NCBI RefSeq assembly: GCF_003231495.1
Contig: NZ_PQWO01000055.1
Location: 1-5,606 of the forward strand
Direction: 5' to 3'
Length of the DNA: 5,606 nt
Origin: Acaryochloris thomasi RCC1774
GTDB lineage: Bacteria; Cyanobacteriota; Cyanobacteriia; Thermosynechococcales; Thermosynechococcaceae
Numbering within the stretch: the first letter of the stretch is position 1; each line of letters starts with the position of its first letter. Shown piece by piece: positions 5,410 to 5,606 of the stretch. The translations under genes were made by a program, and so were the position numbers. The notes beneath the pieces are model-generated. The model made no database searches. It saw only the letters and a program-made list of their open reading frames with translations, and was not told where the DNA came from.

Positions 5410-5564
5410 CTGAAAATGCCTAATAGAAAGGCTTTCAGTAGCTCATGAGCTAATAATCAAAAAAGTTATTTCCCTGAAACCTATACCTAGAAAGGAATGT
5501 GTCAATTTCGCTGCCTCGAAAAATGCGAAAATTAGCGCCTGAAACCTATACCCTCAAAAAGTTA
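5410..5564 (+). repeat. Phased subterminal repeat array (three units at 64-65 bp spacing)
   Basis: Three units start with CTGAAA:
- CTGAAA-N8-TAGAAAGG at 5410-5431
- CTGAAA-N8-TAGAAAGG at 5474-5495
- a CTGAAA unit at 5539-5552

The 15-mer CCTGAAACCTATACC is identical at 5473-5487 and 5538-5552. TCAAAAA(A)GTTA occurs at 5457-5468 and 5554-5564. There is an imperfect hairpin at 5410-5438. Confidence 0.7.
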
Positions 5565-5568
5565 CAGC

Positions 5569-5606
5569 CTTAGCGTTGTTTTCTGTTCCGATGTACCCTA
5601 AACACC
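5569..5606 (-). repeat. 38-bp Tn3-family terminal inverted repeat (right end, outer base = last base of the window)
   Basis: The reverse complement reads GGTGTTTAGGGTACATCGGAACAGAAAACAACGCTAAG. An ungapped comparison with the Tn3 IR as I remember it (GGGGTCTGACGCTCAGTGGAACGAAAACTCACGTTAAG) gives 23/38 identities. These include GGAAC at positions 18-22 and ACG.TAAG at 31-38, the family hallmarks. Confidence 0.85.

Larger units (their letters stand above)
1..5606 (+). mobile_element. Tn3-family transposon (tyrosine-recombinase type), incomplete at the left; right terminus at 5606
   Basis: Contains a 992-aa Tn3-family DDE transposase, an adjacent tyrosine recombinase and a 38-bp Tn3-type terminal IR at 5569-5606. 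No matching left terminal IR is present in the window. The first 28 nt are an inverted copy of 5343-5372. Confidence 0.85.

Noticed and set aside
5473-5552. CRISPR-like direct repeats (15-mer x2, 65-bp period)
   Set aside because: There are only two identical copies, the repeats are too short, no cas genes are present, and the units are embedded in a transposon end. They are interpreted as subterminal binding-site repeats.

Overview
The window is essentially one mobile element: about 5.6 kb of a Tn3-family (DDE, replicative) transposon of the tyrosine-recombinase type. Its right terminus falls on the last base of the window and its left terminus lies outside the window.

Gene order:
- tyrosine recombinase (minus, 90-983)
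- 70-bp AT-rich divergent control region
- XRE-type HTH plus double zinc-ribbon protein (plus, 1030 or 1054 to 1518)
- Tn3-family transposase TnpA, 992 aa (plus, 1519-4497); its ATG abuts, in the same reading frame, the TAA of the HTH gene
- 285-bp non-coding spacer
- small membrane-anchored GspG/pseudopilin-like passenger ORF (plus, 4783-5229)
- 377-bp repeat-rich non-coding end, closing with a canonical 38-bp Tn3-type inverted repeat (5569-5606)

I see no rRNA, tRNA, CRISPR array or recognisable defence or metabolic operon.

The unusual part is the end architecture.
- (a) The first 28 nt of the window are the reverse complement of 5343-5372. The element therefore probably has long (about 264 bp) terminal inverted repeats, or is flanked by two inverted miniature Tn3-derived units.
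- (b) Several more sequences resembling Tn3 ends, or only their inner transposase-binding domain, occur inside the element. One lies in the tnpA-operon control region (1022-1041). Two bracket the passenger ORF (4710-4746 and 5259-5297).
- (c) The subterminal region carries a phased array of short repeats.

The HTH/zinc-ribbon gene coupled to tnpA is not an accessory gene I recognise for this family. One HIP1 octamer (GCGATCGC) is a weak hint of a cyanobacterial host.

All homology statements come from reading motifs by eye and from memory of family signatures. No database search was run.
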